Assembly (NCBI GenBank): GCA_965226745.1
Contig: CBDDDS010000002.1
Span: 193,311 to 257,310 of the forward strand
Reading direction: 5' to 3'
Length of the DNA: 64,000 nt
From: Dehalococcoidia bacterium
Lineage (GTDB): Bacteria; Chloroflexota; Dehalococcoidia; Lucifugimonadales; SAR202-VII-2
The notes beneath the pieces are model-generated. The model was not told where the DNA came from and made no database searches. It worked only from the letters and a program-made list of their open reading frames with translations. How positions within the stretch are numbered: the stretch's first letter is position 1; every line of letters starts with the position of its first letter. Positions 62,767 to 64,000 of the stretch are shown piece by piece. Made by a program: the position numbers and the translations under genes.

Positions 62767-64000
62767 GTACGACCGGGCACATGAGTAACAGTTAGCCTAG
62801 GGACATAGGTAACACTTTCGTCGCCGTCTTGTCGATCCGCCACGCAAGGTCGTCGAGCATGCCGATGAGGAGTGGACCGAAGCGGAGTTCCCAGGTGCGC
62901 TCGGTCCGCTGGACGAGGCCTATGGGCTCGCCTGCGAGGGATTCGCTGACGTAGACGTGTCCACCTTTCCATTTGATCTCACCGTTGTGGCGCACCCGCC
63001 GCACCGTGACCTCCGCTCCGTACTCCGGCGATGTGACGCGGGACGGAAAGGGCCGAAGTGAGGGTGTGTAGAGCCTGACCGGCTGTCGCTGTCCCAGGGC
63101 CTCGTGCGGTCGTTCGGCGTTGTAGTCGTGACGAAAGCCATCGAAAGCTCGTCGCTGCCCTCTCCGGTTGGCTCTCGGCGGCGATGCCGTCTCCGCCTTG
63201 AGGGTGCGATGAAGTCGCTCAAGGCGGCCGTTCTGCTCGGGATGCCCCGGCGCGATGCGCTCAGGGATGATCCCCAGTTTGACCCACCATGCGGAGAGAG
63301 GTGAGAGGCTGCCCAGGCCGACGCTGGCGAAGGGCGGGCCGTTGTCGGTTCGGATGACACGCGGCAGGCCGTACTCACGGAAGGCTCTCTCCAGGACGGG
63401 TCTGATCTCGAGACCGGTGGGGTGGGCCAATCCGTCGCACACCAACAGATAGCGGGACATCGCGTCTTGAGCCGTCAGTGGATCAATGCGAATACCGTCG
63501 CCCGGCCGAAACCAGCCCTTCAGGTCGATGGCCCACACGTCGTTGGGCTGTGGGGCGTGCGCGAAGGGCTCGCCCCACGGCGAGGACCTGCGGCGACGCC
63601 GGCGACGACGTACAAGCCCCGCCCGATCAAGGATGGCCCCCGCAGTGCTGTTGGACGGCCACGGTGCGTCTGGCTCCTGGTTACACAGCCACGCGACGAT
63701 CTTCTTCGGGCCCCACGTCAGGTGGGCGCGCTTCGCCTTTAGGATGCGCGCCGATACCGCTCTCGTCGTGGCGTTAGGGTGGTGATGGGGAGCTCGACTC
63801 CGGTCGCGCAGACCGTCTTCACCGTACGCCCCATAGCGTTTGATCAGCTTGTAGCCGGTCTTGCGGCTGATCACCCATTGGCGACACAACTCCGCGATCG
63901 ACTCCTCCCCCGCCAACACACGCTCGATAAACCGCAATCGCTCCGATTCGACGCTCGTCTCTTTCCAAGGCAACACAGCTTCCTCCTGTGGGATTGCTTC
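62767..64000 (-). mobile_element. IS481-family insertion sequence, truncated by the window edge
   Basis: The terminus starting TGTACGACCGGGCAC at 62767 is inferred from the TGT-type IS481 end. The element contains the transposase gene. The other end lies beyond 64000. Confidence 0.6.
62792..63976 (-). CDS. IS481-family transposase (HTH plus DDE integrase core)
   Basis: 394-aa ORF. The N-terminal HTH region (ERLRFIERVLAGEESIAELCRQWVISRKTGYKLIKRY) is followed by an rve-like core (WAIDLKG...VIRTDNGPPF...HPEQNGRLERLHRTLK). Confidence 0.9.
   Translation of the reverse strand: MLPWKETSVESERLRFIERVLAGEESIAELCRQWVISRKTGYKLIKRYGAYGEDGLRDRSRAPHHHPNATTRAVSARILKAKRAHLTWGPKKIVAWLCNQEPDAPWPSNSTAGAILDRAGLVRRRRRRRRSSPWGEPFAHAPQPNDVWAIDLKGWFRPGDGIRIDPLTAQDAMSRYLLVCDGLAHPTGLEIRPVLERAFREYGLPRVIRTDNGPPFASVGLGSLSPLSAWWVKLGIIPERIAPGHPEQNGRLERLHRTLKAETASPPRANRRGQRRAFDGFRHDYNAERPHEALGQRQPVRLYTPSLRPFPSRVTSPEYGAEVTVRRVRHNGEIKWKGGHVYVSESLAGEPIGLVQRTERTWELRFGPLLIGMLDDLAWRIDKTATKVLPMSLG

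Overview
GC-rich bacterial chromosomal window. The gene content looks Chloroflexota/Thermomicrobia-like, but that is inference only. Most of it is ordinary housekeeping: galU, two aldo/keto reductases, two ABC exporter pairs, tRNA-Pro(GGG)-lgt, aroQ-pepP-efp, clpX-clpP-tig, aspS, ilvE, a polyprenyl synthase, metG, accB-accC, a PycB-like carboxyltransferase with a CoA-transferase, rsmI, rex, a complete F1Fo operon (atpZ-B-E-F-H-A-G-D-C), relA/spoT and rpsT. A partial IS481-family element sits at the right edge. I found no rRNA and no CRISPR. Many long ORFs in the track are antisense shadow ORFs typical of high-GC DNA, and I did not call them. The unusual content is non-coding. (1) Two ~460-nt paralogous elements in inverted orientation (11945..12404 and 39013..39485) each carry 9-10 GTWAC cores spaced 10-11 bp apart (mean ~10.5). 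The central base of every core is flipped between the copies, and a solitary outlier motif is flipped the opposite way. One hairpin loop is also inverted between copies. A conserved promoter-like motif points through each element toward a downstream gene. (2) A modular family of intergenic repeats is reused in different combinations at six or more loci. One 504-bp composite has inverted ends that begin at the stop codons of two convergent genes, and a second copy is interrupted by a lipoprotein gene. (3) ~100-nt direct repeats bracket an alpha-carbonic anhydrase gene and a helicase remnant. Smaller items are a frameshifted MFS gene, a terminator-like hairpin in the aspS leader, a hairpin-filled atpB-atpE spacer, and a zinc-ribbon-tagged RDD/PrsW gene pair. 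All coordinates were derived by hand and may be off by 1-2 nt. No database search or folding program was run.
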